Part shown: piece after piece, positions 63,736 to 64,000 of the stretch
Numbering within the stretch: position 1 is the first letter of the stretch
How the letters are laid out: each line of letters opens with the position of its first letter
DNA from: Mobula hypostoma
Taxonomy: Eukaryota
DNA length: 64,000 bases
NCBI RefSeq assembly: GCF_963921235.1
Contig: NC_086108.1
Location: 2,976,001 to 3,040,000 of the forward strand
Reading direction: 5' to 3'
The notes under the pieces: model-generated
What the model was told of the DNA's origin: nothing
The model's database searches: none
What the model saw: the letters and a program-made list of their open reading frames with translations, nothing else
Program-made: the position numbers and the translations under genes

Positions 63736-64000
63736 TGTTCTTAATAGACTTCTTACCCTGAGATGGGTGGCAGGGTGGAGATGCATCTCTACCGAAGAAG
63801 GGGTAAGGTGCTCCTTTCCTCTGCTAGCCTGCAGGTCATCCTTTGAAACCATGGGATCAGGTGGTGGATGGTTGTATGATCAGGTGGTGCATATCACAAG
63901 TCCTGGTTACGTGACTACTGACACCAGGCAGATAATCTCTGAAGAGGATTGATAATGGCTGGAGTCACCCATCTTGTAAAGACAAACCACTTCGGTAGAA

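Noticed and set aside
58791..64000. NAPA exon 5 (GRFTIAAKHH...); likewise SARS2 exon 4 in 1-2348
   Set aside because: No matching sequence found by eye; both presumably lie outside the window.

Overview
Vertebrate nuclear DNA; the repeat content suggests a cartilaginous fish, probably a ray (inference). Two host genes are arranged head to head, about 6.6 kb ATG to ATG. On the minus strand are coding exons 1-3 of mitochondrial seryl-tRNA synthetase (SARS2: 19476-19724, 9993-10088, 2349-2378). On the plus strand are coding exons 1-4 of alpha-SNAP (NAPA: 26328-26425, 49099-49178, 53350-53466, 58744-58790). Both genes continue beyond the window, and each has a compact CpG-rich promoter. Nearly everything else is transposon-derived: CR1, Rex1/Babar-like, RTE and L1/Tx1 LINE pieces, Penelope-like elements (PLEs) with GIY-YIG remnants, SINEs, LTRs and hAT-type MITEs. 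Most ORFs in the supplied track are repeat artefacts. The most notable observations are: (i) TE-derived tandem-array units with the same novel junction sitting inside two different, diverged host copies (95-bp and 57-bp units); (ii) two PLE families carrying minimal hammerhead ribozyme motifs; (iii) an ORF1-only L1 with a target-site duplication (TSD); (iv) a Gypsy-type relic with a tRNA-Ile primer site and a PNMA-like gag; (v) a SARS2 CCAAT promoter without its mammalian partner MRPS12. Family names and comparisons to human exons come from recognition, not from database searches.
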